This document shows, piece after piece, positions 35,988 through 44,825 of a stretch of 51,371 nt of DNA. Position numbers and translations under genes: made by a program. Under the pieces are notes generated by a model. It saw nothing but the letters and a program-made list of their open reading frames with translations. It was not told the origin of the DNA and did no database searches. Numbering within the stretch: position 1 is the stretch's first letter; the number at the start of each line of letters is the position of its first letter. The DNA is from a virus. Lineage: Duplodnaviria; Caudoviricetes. The stretch covers positions 1 to 51,371 of the IMG/VR virus record IMGVR_UViG_3300032239_000452; one strand, given 5' to 3'.

Positions 35988-36343
35988 AGGATCTCTTTCC
36001 AAGATGTTGTCGGTTCATCCCACTGGTAAATCTTACCATCATTTGGGTAATCTGTGGGGGGTTTCCATTGGCAAGTCGGCTCATCAAGTAGCCAACTTGG
36101 GTAAGTTTTTGGGGGGATAAAAGCATCACGCTGGGCATCATAGGTATAACCAATACCAGCATAGTTTTTACGGAATGGTGTACCACCTAAAGAATGCTGC
36201 CCGCCCAAAGTGTTATAGCTAGTTTTTTTCCAAACTTGTCCGATTGTTTCTGCGTAAATAGATTCACCATCAAACGGTTCATCTACTCCAACAATTACTT
36301 GGACAACAATATTGTTTTCATCAAGTTGTGCAAAATGTGCCAT
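35984..36343 (-). CDS. tail fibre-associated protein
   Basis: MAHFAQLD, W..TSYN, FRKNYAGIGY.YD...DAFIPP. Confidence 0.7.
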   Translation of the reverse strand: MAHFAQLDENNIVVQVIVGVDEPFDGESIYAETIGQVWKKTSYNTLGGQHSLGGTPFRKNYAGIGYTYDAQRDAFIPPKTYPSWLLDEPTCQWKPPTDYPNDGKIYQWDEPTTSWKEIL

Positions 36344-36345
36344 GA

Positions 36346-37341
36346 TTAATAAGTAAATGTGCCTGTACCGGCGGTAAATTTATAAACTTTATATCCAGAG
36401 CGAGATACCGTATCAGGTGCTGGTACGTTTGAACCTGTTGTTGTTACGCCGTTAACAACTAGCCCTGCGGTAAATGAAGTAATACTAGGACTAGTATTTG
36501 CATAAGCAATAATTACTACCCCAGAACCACCAGCAGCGCCCAATAAAGATACTCCGCCATTAGTGCCGCCTCCGCCGCCGCCACCAAGATTTACGGTTCC
36601 CGCAGTTCCGCTTGCACTTACTCCGCTTCCTCCTGTACCTCCGCCACCAGCACCACCAGAACCACCAATTTGTCCAGCAGTACTTCCCGAACCGCCACCA
36701 CCACCGCCAGCATAAGTTGTTGCTGTTCCAGTAATACTAGAGGATGTGCCAGAACCTCCGCTTCCTCCGGCTCCAGTAGATGTACTTGCTCCAACAGCAT
36801 TAGCTCCACCACCGCCGCCTTTTCCATATCCTGTAGTATTTCCTATTCCACCATTGTTTCCTTGGCTTGGCGAAGTGGAAGGTGTATTGCCTGTTCCCGC
36901 AGTTCCTAAAGTAGTTCCTGATAGATTAGTTCCAGCACCGCCGCCGCTACCTCCATTGCCACCATTTGCATTAGCATTATAGTTAGGCGCGGATGAATAA
37001 GCTGAGCCGCCATATCCACCGCCGTTTGATGTTAATGTGCTAAAAACTGAATTGCTGCCTAAAGCATTAGCTGCACCTCCAGCTCCAACCGTTACATTAA
37101 CTGTTGTATTAATTGGAATCAAAATCGTACTTGTTCTATAACCACCAGCACCTCCTCCACCTTCTCCACCTCCAGCGCCGCCAGCAACTACTAAATATTC
37201 CATAGATGCTCCATAAGGAGGCCATATAGAACCTTGAATTGCTTGCATTACTTCATTAGAACGCCAAATTCCTGGCGCAGAAGCAACAGATGTTGCCGCC
37301 GCTGTAGACGACATTAACGAACCTTTGTATCTAGTAGACAT
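36346..37341 (-). CDS. glycine-rich tail fibre/adhesin protein
   Basis: EYLVVAGG, TPSTSPSQGNNGG, YAGGGGG, GGSGVVII.Y, YKF. Confidence 0.75.
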   Translation of the reverse strand: MSTRYKGSLMSSTAAATSVASAPGIWRSNEVMQAIQGSIWPPYGASMEYLVVAGGAGGGEGGGGAGGYRTSTILIPINTTVNVTVGAGGAANALGSNSVFSTLTSNGGGYGGSAYSSAPNYNANANGGNGGSGGGAGTNLSGTTLGTAGTGNTPSTSPSQGNNGGIGNTTGYGKGGGGGANAVGASTSTGAGGSGGSGTSSSITGTATTYAGGGGGGSGSTAGQIGGSGGAGGGGTGGSGVSASGTAGTVNLGGGGGGGTNGGVSLLGAAGGSGVVIIAYANTSPSITSFTAGLVVNGVTTTGSNVPAPDTVSRSGYKVYKFTAGTGTFTY

Positions 37342-37712
37342 TAGGTTATAGCCTCATACGATGCAGTTAATTCAATAGCTGAAGCAGTGTTTACCGTAAC
37401 AACAATAGATTGTGCTTCCCCGAGATAAAACGCAGTGCTTTTATCAGCAACAACAATTGCTGCATTAGCTGGTATTGGCACTTGGTAAATTAAACGATAA
37501 TTAGTTCCAGCCCCAGCTGCTGCGCTATTAATTGCAATAGTTACCGTTGCAGTAGAGCTAGTGACATTAGCAGCAACAATATTGTCAATTTTATTTACCG
37601 TGCCAGACGCAGGAGTAAGCGCAGTCCACGTAGTAGCTGATGTTGTGCTGGGGATTAAATAGTTTGTATTTCCGTAAATGGAACTTGCGTTAATTAAATT
37701 AGGATTTGCCAT
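37341..37712 (-). CDS. virion structural protein (tail region)
   Basis: MANPN start, beta-rich, SYEAI end. Confidence 0.6.
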   Translation of the reverse strand: MANPNLINASSIYGNTNYLIPSTTSATTWTALTPASGTVNKIDNIVAANVTSSTATVTIAINSAAAGAGTNYRLIYQVPIPANAAIVVADKSTAFYLGEAQSIVVTVNTASAIELTASYEAIT

Positions 37713-37721
37713 GCTGCTTCC

Positions 37722-38072
37722 TTAGTATCCAAAAACAATGGATGAGATTAATGATCTGCCAAATGTAGTTGCCCGTTCTGCTGGTAATGTACAAAATACG
37801 TTTTTAGTACCTGCGGAAAAGTTTACCAGCGAACCTGAGTTACTGGATGCTATTACTGTTGTGCGGGATAGTGTTGTACCAGACAAAGTATAAGTACCAA
37901 TCCCAACTTCCCACTCTGATCCGCTTTGCCCTGCAATTGTGTAATACGTTGAATTTCCATCCCCAATGGCAGAAAAACTTTGAAATCCAGTAACTGCGCC
38001 AAGTAGCGTAGCAGTACCTGTCCCGGTGACTGTAGTGGTTTCTTGTACTCGGTCAGCAATTATGAGTGCCAT
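37722..38072 (-). CDS. tail fibre N-terminal-type protein
   Basis: DRV.ET....GTG, WEVG.GT, LSR..V, FSAG.K.VF.T.PA. Confidence 0.65.
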   Translation of the reverse strand: MALIIADRVQETTTVTGTGTATLLGAVTGFQSFSAIGDGNSTYYTIAGQSGSEWEVGIGTYTLSGTTLSRTTVIASSNSGSLVNFSAGTKNVFCTLPAERATTFGRSLISSIVFGY

Positions 38073-38080
38073 ACATATAC

Positions 38081-39223
38081 CTATGTGTTAATTACCTGCC
38101 AAGCAGCAGTTTGTGCGTTGCTTATGGCCTGCCAAGCAGCCGTTTGCGCATCGGATATGGCCTGCCAATTGGGGTTTTGACTGTCGTCAATTACTGTCCA
38201 AGGTGGGTAAACAGTTCCAACTTGACCACTGGCCTGAACACCAGTAAGCGCTTGGGCAACATTTTGACTTGTTCCAACGTTTCCTGCAAGAGCAGATGCT
38301 GAAACTCCAGTCAACGAAATTGCAACTTCTCTGGAGACATCCCCCACTGCTCCGGAGGCAACCACACCTGTCAGCGCAATATTTGTTAATTTGCTGGGTG
38401 ACACTGTGCCCGTGGAGCCCGCTGCCTGAACTCCGGTCAGCGCTTGGGATGCTGCCGCTGTAGTGCCTACTGTCCCCGCGCTACCTTGAGCTTGTACCCC
38501 AGTTAAGGCTTTGGATATAACAAACGATGTGGTTACAGATCCAACTGACCCAGATGTAGATACCCCGGTAAGTGCTTGAGATATCTCAGTAAATGCAGTT
38601 ACTGACCCAACTAATCCTGCTGCGCTAACGCCAGTTAATGCCTGTGAAGCCGTAGCTGAAGTAGTTACTGTTCCAACACTACCAAATGCTTGTACTCCAG
38701 TTAATGCGCTTGAAACTGCAGCAGAAGTAGTTAATGTTCCTACGTTACCTGCGGCTAATACGCCAGTTAAAACTACAGAAATTCCACCTGTGTTTACTAT
38801 CCCTACACTACCAGATGCCGATACACCAGTTAGTGCTTGGGATACCGCCGCAGATGTTGTTACTGTTCCAACATTACCAGACGCTTGTACCCCCGTTAAC
38901 GCATTTGAAACTGCGGCAGAAGTAGTTACCGTTCCAACATTTCCAGAAGCTAATACCCCGCTAAGAGCAACAGATACAGCCTGTGATGTTGTTACTGTTC
39001 CTGTGTTTCCAGAAGCGGATACCCCACTAAGTGCGAGACTAATTCCACTTGTTTCTGTGCCGACCTGTCCTGATGCTTGTACCCCAGTTAACGCTACAGA
39101 TATATTTGAAACGCCCCAAGGCCCAGAACCCCACGTACCAAAACCCCACCCCTGAGTAGGGGCAGAAGTAGTACTCCCCGTACCTCCAAAGGGGGCTCCG
39201 GCGAACGGGGAAAATCCGAACAT
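38081..39223 (-). CDS. repeat-rich structural protein (14 copies of a ~20-22-aa xALTGVxAxGxVGTV repeat)
   Basis: Repeats counted by hand; C-terminal W..I...Q 11-aa repeats. Confidence 0.75.
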   Translation of the reverse strand: MFGFSPFAGAPFGGTGSTTSAPTQGWGFGTWGSGPWGVSNISVALTGVQASGQVGTETSGISLALSGVSASGNTGTVTTSQAVSVALSGVLASGNVGTVTTSAAVSNALTGVQASGNVGTVTTSAAVSQALTGVSASGSVGIVNTGGISVVLTGVLAAGNVGTLTTSAAVSSALTGVQAFGSVGTVTTSATASQALTGVSAAGLVGSVTAFTEISQALTGVSTSGSVGSVTTSFVISKALTGVQAQGSAGTVGTTAAASQALTGVQAAGSTGTVSPSKLTNIALTGVVASGAVGDVSREVAISLTGVSASALAGNVGTSQNVAQALTGVQASGQVGTVYPPWTVIDDSQNPNWQAISDAQTAAWQAISNAQTAAWQVINT

Positions 39224-39254
39224 GGCCTACACGGCTATTAGCCGCGCCCCGCTA

Positions 39255-39731
39255 TTAGGTTGTAGCCAAACGCAACAATGCTGTTGTCGTAGTATTGGAC
39301 GGCATAGTCAGCGTAAACGTACCCGCAGTAATGGTCTGTGCAGTAAACGTATGAACGCTAACAGCCTTGTTTGACTGCGTGGAGTTATAGATAAACACCG
39401 TGTCAAACGAACTTGTTAGGGTAACAGAACTGTACACAATAGATGCAGAAGGAGTCCAGTAGCCAACGCCTGCGGTAACAGAAGAGTTAGTTGAACTTGG
39501 GGCAGTTGCATTTGTGATCGTGACGCCGCCTGCGGTGTAGCCTGCACCCGTAACTTCACCAGTAGCCGAATAGGCTGTAGTGGAAGCATTGAGCGTGGCT
39601 GATGCCAAATATAGCGCGGCTTTGAAGGTGTCGGCAGTGGTTGCGCCACGAACCGGGGATGCGCCAAAATTATGTGTTGCAGTCATCAGTTCGCCGAGGA
39701 ACGATGTGCACATTGATTGGGTGTTTGCCAT
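39255..39731 (-). CDS. virion structural protein (paralog of 39935..40357)
   Basis: TSF..EL, DTFK.ALY, TTAYS.T.EV.G.GYTAGG. Confidence 0.7.
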   Translation of the reverse strand: MANTQSMCTSFLGELMTATHNFGASPVRGATTADTFKAALYLASATLNASTTAYSATGEVTGAGYTAGGVTITNATAPSSTNSSVTAGVGYWTPSASIVYSSVTLTSSFDTVFIYNSTQSNKAVSVHTFTAQTITAGTFTLTMPSNTTTTALLRLATT

Positions 39732-39740
39732 GGTATTTCC

Positions 39741-39935
39741 TTAGAAAGAAGCTGTATCGCCACCCGCAAAAACGGGCATGTGTTTCAGAGTTACGTGTAC
39801 AGAACGGTGCACAAGCTCGCCATCCAGCCAGTACTCAGTCCACGCTGTGAGTTCGTTCTCATTATCTATGGTGCCCTCTTGTTTGACAAGCAGGGAATCG
39901 TCCATGTCGCCTTTGGTGGTAGTCACAAGTGCCAT
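39741..39935 (-). CDS. hypothetical protein
   Basis: 64 aa; TTKG.MD...EYWL.GELVHRS.H. Confidence 0.65.
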   Translation of the reverse strand: MALVTTTKGDMDDSLLVKQEGTIDNENELTAWTEYWLDGELVHRSVHVTLKHMPVFAGGDTASF

Positions 39936-40357
39936 TAAGCGCTCCTGATAAGTGCGGTTGAATAAGTATTGCTAGGCATGGTCACGGTAAACGTGTTTGT
40001 GCAGGACTTATCTGCCCCAAAATCAATGACCGCTACAGAGGCATTTGCCCGGCTTGAATTGTAAATTAGTGCGCAGCGCGTGGTGAAATTTGCTGGGTTC
40101 CAAATCACATTGTCAAAGTTGACGTACACCACACTGTTGGTGGCATCGTAATTGAGTGTGACTCCAGTCAGGGCTTTTCCCCCGGCGGTGTAGCCGGTGC
40201 CGGATACTTCGTTGGTTGTGCTGTACGCAGTCGTGGTCAGGTTCAGATTGGCATTGCCGTTGTACAGCGCCATGTAAAACGTGTCCGTCGTGAAGTTCTG
40301 CGTACCTTGGAACAACTGGTACTTGAAACTGGTGGTCTGCCCTTGGACGATGCTCAT
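39935..40357 (-). CDS. virion structural protein (paralog of 39255..39731)
   Basis: TSFK, DTF..ALY, TTAYS..NEVSG.GYTAGG, DFG.DK. Confidence 0.7.
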   Translation of the reverse strand: MSIVQGQTTSFKYQLFQGTQNFTTDTFYMALYNGNANLNLTTTAYSTTNEVSGTGYTAGGKALTGVTLNYDATNSVVYVNFDNVIWNPANFTTRCALIYNSSRANASVAVIDFGADKSCTNTFTVTMPSNTYSTALIRSA

Positions 40358-41271
40358 GGTATAGCCACCCTAGTCTGTCCGGTGCGGTAGGCGTCGGTGC
40401 GCTCCATGCCATCACCCAGACGTTTAGCCAGACCAAGCGCTTCAGCGTACCGGCTCTGGTACAGCTGCAACATATCGCCCTCGCCCTTCATAAAGGTGTA
40501 GGCTTCCAGCAGAGTTCCGTACAGCAGTACAGAATCAAAGTTGTCGCCCAGCCACGAAGTGCCGTTTGCGTTATTTACTGTGGCTACGGTGACGGAGCAG
40601 GAAGTTCCAGTGCCGCCGATGCTTGCAATCGGCACAACCAAAGAATCGCCCACCCTGTACAACGAGCCGCCATTGGCAATTGTTACCGAATAAACTGCGT
40701 TGGATGCTACGACTACGGTAGCCGTAGCGGCTGTGCCAGATCCGCCTGTCAGGGCCACGTTGTAATACGTACCATTGGTTAGCGAGCCAACAGAAGTAGG
40801 GGTGTTAAGCCCAGTAATGATGCCCTGCACAATGGACGGCGGGTAGAAGAAGTAGTGCAGCTCAAGACCGTAGTTGGTGTCCGGTGTGGGGCCAACAATA
40901 AAAGTCAGCTCGTTGGGCAGCGAAGTTTGTGGGCCAAAAATGCCGTAGTACTTGGGTGTGCCTTTGATCGAGGGATCAGGGTACGCCTCGCGCATGAAGT
41001 TGACATCCTTATCTAATAGATAGCTGTAGATGCCGGTTGTCTGGTTAATTAGCGCGAGCGAGTAAACCGCCAAAAAATCGTCGGGACAGGCAATGTATTT
41101 GTTGTTGGCTGTCGCCGTACCCGTCACGTTCTTGCGAAGTGCGGGGAACTGGATGGAATTGAATACGCGCTGCTCAGCCTGCTGGACAAACGTAGGAATG
41201 TCGGCAACAAACGTAGACTCAGAGTTCTGAGTGTAGTCCTGTACAAGCTGAACGAGCTGCGCGTAATTCAT
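40354..41271 (-). CDS. head-tail adaptor / tail tubular protein A-like
   Basis: MNY.QL...QDY, AE.R, P.D.L, GPTPD, LLYG.L.EA. Confidence 0.65.
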   Translation of the reverse strand: MNYAQLVQLVQDYTQNSESTFVADIPTFVQQAEQRVFNSIQFPALRKNVTGTATANNKYIACPDDFLAVYSLALINQTTGIYSYLLDKDVNFMREAYPDPSIKGTPKYYGIFGPQTSLPNELTFIVGPTPDTNYGLELHYFFYPPSIVQGIITGLNTPTSVGSLTNGTYYNVALTGGSGTAATATVVVASNAVYSVTIANGGSLYRVGDSLVVPIASIGGTGTSCSVTVATVNNANGTSWLGDNFDSVLLYGTLLEAYTFMKGEGDMLQLYQSRYAEALGLAKRLGDGMERTDAYRTGQTRVAIP

Positions 41272-41540
41272 GCCATCGGGCCTCGGGCCATAACGCCTTT
41301 AGTTGCGCAACCAGTGCCACGGATTTTGATGCCGGTGGTCTCGATGCTGTCATTGATGCCAATGCTCATGCCGTTAGGCACGGGGTCTTCCAAGCTCACT
41401 TGGTCAGCCACTTTCTTGGTCATGTATTCCTTGCGTGGAATACTGCCGTCAATAGCTTTGCCTTTGGAGTTGTGTGGCTGGGCGTAAACGGACGCTGGCC
41501 CGTTCTCTTTACCCATGCTTTTGGAGCTGAACTTAGCCAT
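41268..41540 (-). CDS. small basic protein
   Basis: Ends GIKIRGTGCATKG.MARGPMA. Confidence 0.7.
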   Translation of the reverse strand: MAKFSSKSMGKENGPASVYAQPHNSKGKAIDGSIPRKEYMTKKVADQVSLEDPVPNGMSIGINDSIETTGIKIRGTGCATKGVMARGPMA

Positions 41541-41776
41541 TATTTACCCCTTGAAGAACCGCGCTGGTTGGCAACGCGCGCCATATTGCGACCCATAGAC
41601 CGCATAGCTTGTCCTGTGACTCCGCCTTTGGCCATGCGATCCAAACCGCCTTTTTTGAGGACGATCTTGGTTCCCTTGCCACCTTTGTGCTCTTGCATAT
41701 CATGCTCTTTAAACGCCTTCTTAATCATAGCGACGTCTTGCTTTTTGTCCGCTGCCATTGATTCTGCTTTTGCCAT
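41540..41776 (-). CDS. small basic protein with LKKGG/MAKGG motifs
   Basis: 78 aa; AGGAG RBS; Lys/Met-rich. Confidence 0.75.
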   Translation of the reverse strand: MAKAESMAADKKQDVAMIKKAFKEHDMQEHKGGKGTKIVLKKGGLDRMAKGGVTGQAMRSMGRNMARVANQRGSSRGK

Positions 41777-41785
41777 AATAAACTC

Positions 41786-42175
41786 CTATGTTACCGATAC
41801 CGTAACTGTACCAATAGTTCCGAGTAAAACCAAGTTATTTGGCGTTAACACGGAATCAAAACTGCTGGCACCGCCAATCGGATTCCAGCCCCACTGTATA
41901 TCCCTCGAACCGCCGCCCGGGAATCCCAGATAGTCCGGGCCAGACTGCGTGTAGCTACGATCTGGGCGAGGGTTGCGAACCGCTTGCGGATCATCTACTG
42001 GGTACATACCCAACTGCAACTGCGGCTGATCTGGATCCCAACAAACCGGACAGACCAAGAGGTTGTACAACTTGGTCTTGATTATCTCTTTTTTCAGCTC
42101 CGTCAGCTTAAAGCGGAACCCACACCGATCACATTCGGCGATTGAATTCTTGCCGGATGCGAACCTATTGCCCAT
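41786..42175 (-). CDS. Zn-ribbon protein
   Basis: CDRCG...C..CWD.D.PQ...DPQA...PRPD. Confidence 0.7.
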   Translation of the reverse strand: MGNRFASGKNSIAECDRCGFRFKLTELKKEIIKTKLYNLLVCPVCWDPDQPQLQLGMYPVDDPQAVRNPRPDRSYTQSGPDYLGFPGGGSRDIQWGWNPIGGASSFDSVLTPNNLVLLGTIGTVTVSVT

Positions 42176-42176
42176 A

Positions 42177-43124
42177 TTATCCGCCCGAACCTATGTACAT
42201 ACGGCGCGGCACAAACCGCACGGAGGCTTTTTCTCGATCTTCTTCGGACGCCAACTGCCAAGCCTCGTCGTACTGGGCTTTCAAAATTGGCAAGCGCTCC
42301 AACGAATTTGGGATCTTGAGCGCCATGTAGTAGGCCAGCCCGGCCACCATGCAGGTAATAAACCGGAAGGGTACGTCCATGACGTTGACGCCGGTGCCTG
42401 CGTCTTGCATGCGGCGCAGCCGCCAGTACACGAACTGATAAGTTGTGGAGCCATCGGGCGTTGGCCAGACGGTGATGCTGTTCTTTTGGGATAGGGTTAA
42501 TACTGCCCCAGAATTGTGCGAAGCCGCCGTCGTTGTCCCTTGGCCGCGTGTGCAGTTAAGCAGGTAGGCGGGGGTTGTGGCGGTGGCCGCTTGGGTTTCG
42601 TTGAACCCGATCAGCTCAGAATCAATGGTGACAAACCCAGCGGTGGGCACGCCGGATAGAGAAGAAACTGGGATTTGGGTGGTGGCAGCGGTGATACCAG
42701 CTTGCAAACTCACCGGCAGGATGGAGTCCTGCGCCGTCAATCGTTGAATCCAAACTTGAATTGGTCGGGCTTGCACCAGCTTGTTGGGGATCGTGGCGTA
42801 GGTAGACACGCTGATCCGGGTGATGTTCAAGTCGGCTTGGTTGTTGGGGGAGTTGGCGTTTGTGCGGATAACGTGCTCAAGCAAGTCCACCGTGTCGTCC
42901 GGCAGCGCGTAGGTTGGCTGGCCTTGTACTAGGGTGATCGTCTGCTGCTCAAACGTCCACATGTTGATGCCACGGTTGGCCCAATCAGCGAACAAAAGGT
43001 TCAAAGACCGGCGTGCAGTACGCAGGTCATAACCAGTGCGCAACTCGGAGCCCGCGCGCTCGTACGCTTCCTCGACGATTTCCGTGAGGTCGATATTAAA
43101 CGCTGCGGCTCCCGAGGTGGTCAT
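42177..43124 (-). CDS. head completion / adaptor-like structural protein
   Basis: EEAYER.G, ARRSLNL....WANRG.N.W, WP.PD, P.RF...MVAGLAYY. Confidence 0.65.
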   Translation of the reverse strand: MTTSGAAAFNIDLTEIVEEAYERAGSELRTGYDLRTARRSLNLLFADWANRGINMWTFEQQTITLVQGQPTYALPDDTVDLLEHVIRTNANSPNNQADLNITRISVSTYATIPNKLVQARPIQVWIQRLTAQDSILPVSLQAGITAATTQIPVSSLSGVPTAGFVTIDSELIGFNETQAATATTPAYLLNCTRGQGTTTAASHNSGAVLTLSQKNSITVWPTPDGSTTYQFVYWRLRRMQDAGTGVNVMDVPFRFITCMVAGLAYYMALKIPNSLERLPILKAQYDEAWQLASEEDREKASVRFVPRRMYIGSGG

Positions 43125-43297
43125 TTTTTCAGCCCTTTAAGCGTCATTGCTAGACGCGCTTGCTTGCCCGTTGTTCCCGACGACTTGGCTGCTTTTGCCA
43201 GTTTTTTTGCGGGAATGGGTTGACCCTCTTTAGCACCAAGTTTCTTGCGTAAAGCACCGGGGTGCTTGATCGCTTTCTGTATCCATTTTTCAGCCAT
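43121..43297 (-). CDS. small Lys-rich protein (58 aa, not in ORF track)
   Basis: Hand translation MAEKWIQKAIKHPGALRKKLG...ARLAMTLKGLKK; overlaps both neighbours. Confidence 0.75.
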   Translation of the reverse strand: MAEKWIQKAIKHPGALRKKLGAKEGQPIPAKKLAKAAKSSGTTGKQARLAMTLKGLKK

Positions 43298-43530
43298 TAT
43301 CTGAACCCCGCTGTTTTCTTTGCAATGGTTTTGGGCTGCGCCACAAACTGTTTACCTGCCGCTTTGCCTGCACGTTTGGCCTTGGTGGTAGCGGCGTATT
43401 CGGCGGGGCTCAGAGATTTTATGGCCTTTTCCGGCAGATATCGCTCCCCCGTCTTGCTAGATGGTTTGCCAGATTTGGTGCGCCATTTTTGCGCTGTCCA
43501 ATCCTTGAGCGATTGCTGCGGTGCTTTCAA
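43297..43530 (-). CDS. small basic protein
   Basis: SLK.W..QKWRTKSGK...TGERYLP...KQFV.QP. Confidence 0.75.
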   Translation of the reverse strand: MKAPQQSLKDWTAQKWRTKSGKPSSKTGERYLPEKAIKSLSPAEYAATTKAKRAGKAAGKQFVAQPKTIAKKTAGFR

Positions 43531-43802
43531 TCTCTGTAACCTCCGCCAGCAGCCTTGTACTTCTTGGCTACAAGCTGCGCCTTACGTGCTGACCATTGAC
43601 CTGCGCCGGTGCCTTGGGTTGCTGCGGCTTTTACTTTGGACACAATCTGCTTGCGCAGACTGGGCTTTGTGTAATTCCCCGCAGCATTGACCCCGCCGCC
43701 CTTGGCGAACTGCTCAAAGTCAGTATCGTCACGGCGGGCGAGCTTTTTGCCCTTGGGCATTTTTGAGGGATTGACGTCCCCCATCCCACGGCTGGCCATC
43801 AT
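43527..43802 (-). CDS. small basic protein with FAKGG motif
   Basis: MASRGMG, VN.AGNYTKP, GQWSARKAQ, GGGY. Confidence 0.75.
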   Translation of the reverse strand: MMASRGMGDVNPSKMPKGKKLARRDDTDFEQFAKGGGVNAAGNYTKPSLRKQIVSKVKAAATQGTGAGQWSARKAQLVAKKYKAAGGGYRD

Positions 43803-43805
43803 GAT

Positions 43806-44039
43806 TTAGCAGTATTTACCTACGGTCTTGCCACGCATGGCAATCCCGTCAGCGCGGCTGGAGGCGGAACCGCCCGAAGCCATTTTCTTAACACCGCCAC
43901 CACGCTTCATACCGGGCATAGCCCCAGCACCGGGCGCAGGAACTTGAGGGGCCGCAGGGCCTTGTGTAGGCGCAGCAGAAGGAGCGGCCATAGCCGCCAT
44001 CATTGCCGGGGGAATGCGGCGGGCTTTACGTGTGGCCAT
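43806..44039 (-). CDS. small basic protein with MKRGG/MASGG motifs
   Basis: Ends SASSRADGIAMRGKTVG; AAGGA RBS. Confidence 0.7.
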   Translation of the reverse strand: MATRKARRIPPAMMAAMAAPSAAPTQGPAAPQVPAPGAGAMPGMKRGGGVKKMASGGSASSRADGIAMRGKTVGKYC

Positions 44040-44048
44040 GATTAATCC

Positions 44049-44237
44049 TTACTTGCGAGTCATGCCGCCACCGCACATCGCTTTGACGTGATCGGCGTGC
44101 ATCTTGTGACCCGCAGCGTGCGGACGCATGAAGTCATTGTGGTGCTTGTGCCCTGCGGCGTGCGGCATCACAAATTCGTTGTTCATCTTGTGAGCAGGGG
44201 TCGGCTCTTTCATCAGGGGTGGGTGATCCATTTTCAT
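44049..44237 (-). CDS. His/Met-rich peptide
   Basis: 62 aa with 10 His and 9 Met; PHAAGHK x2; AAGGAG RBS. Confidence 0.7.
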   Translation of the reverse strand: MKMDHPPLMKEPTPAHKMNNEFVMPHAAGHKHHNDFMRPHAAGHKMHADHVKAMCGGGMTRK

Positions 44238-44246
44238 GATTACTCC

Positions 44247-44636
44247 TTATTTGCGGACTTTGCCGCCACGTTTCATACCAGTATCGGAACCAGACATTTT
44301 GGGCATCATGCCCTTGGTCTTGCCGCGCTCAGCAATACCATCACGGCTGGGGGCTGCGGTTTTTACTGCGCCCATTGATTTGCTGTCTGCTGCCATTTTT
44401 TTCGTTGCCATAAGTCCACCTTTTGCAAATAAGGCCTCTTGACCGTGATCGGTCTTTGGCCGGTTAACGCCTTCTACGCTAGGCCGAGTGTACCCACCTG
44501 ACCTAAACTTCTTGCCTTTGTCGGCTTGGAGGAAGTCCTCCCCGACGCTTTGCTTGATACCAACCTTTTTGGCAAACGCAGGATTCTTGGCCACTGCTGC
44601 CATCAGGTTGTGTTGTTTCTTACTCGTCGAGGGCAT
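44247..44636 (-). CDS. small basic protein with three xxxGG motifs
   Basis: Start moved to MPSTSKKQHNLM; FRSGG, FAKGG, MKRGG; RDGIAERGKTKG. Confidence 0.75.
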   Translation of the reverse strand: MPSTSKKQHNLMAAVAKNPAFAKKVGIKQSVGEDFLQADKGKKFRSGGYTRPSVEGVNRPKTDHGQEALFAKGGLMATKKMAADSKSMGAVKTAAPSRDGIAERGKTKGMMPKMSGSDTGMKRGGKVRK

Positions 44637-44817
44637 TGTCTTTACCCTTTGCCTTACGGTTGAATAACGCCTGCACTGTATCACTTTCGTATATACGTAT
44701 ACCTAACCATATAATGGTAAAAAGCGACGCAATTGCTGGCAAAAACTCCATCATAGTGCCCAAAGTAGTAAATATGGCAAATCCGTCTACGACATCTTTG
44801 GCGTTGTAGTCGTTCAT
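44620..44817 (-). CDS. small membrane protein (holin-like)
   Basis: Two hydrophobic stretches then RIYE.DTVQ and a basic tail. Confidence 0.55.
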   Translation of the reverse strand: MNDYNAKDVVDGFAIFTTLGTMMEFLPAIASLFTIIWLGIRIYESDTVQALFNRKAKGKDNALDE

Positions 44818-44825
44818 ATCCTACC

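Noticed and set aside
33928-37341. xxxGG matches within the Gly-rich fibre proteins
   Set aside because: Polyglycine background makes chance matches inevitable; excluded from the motif count.
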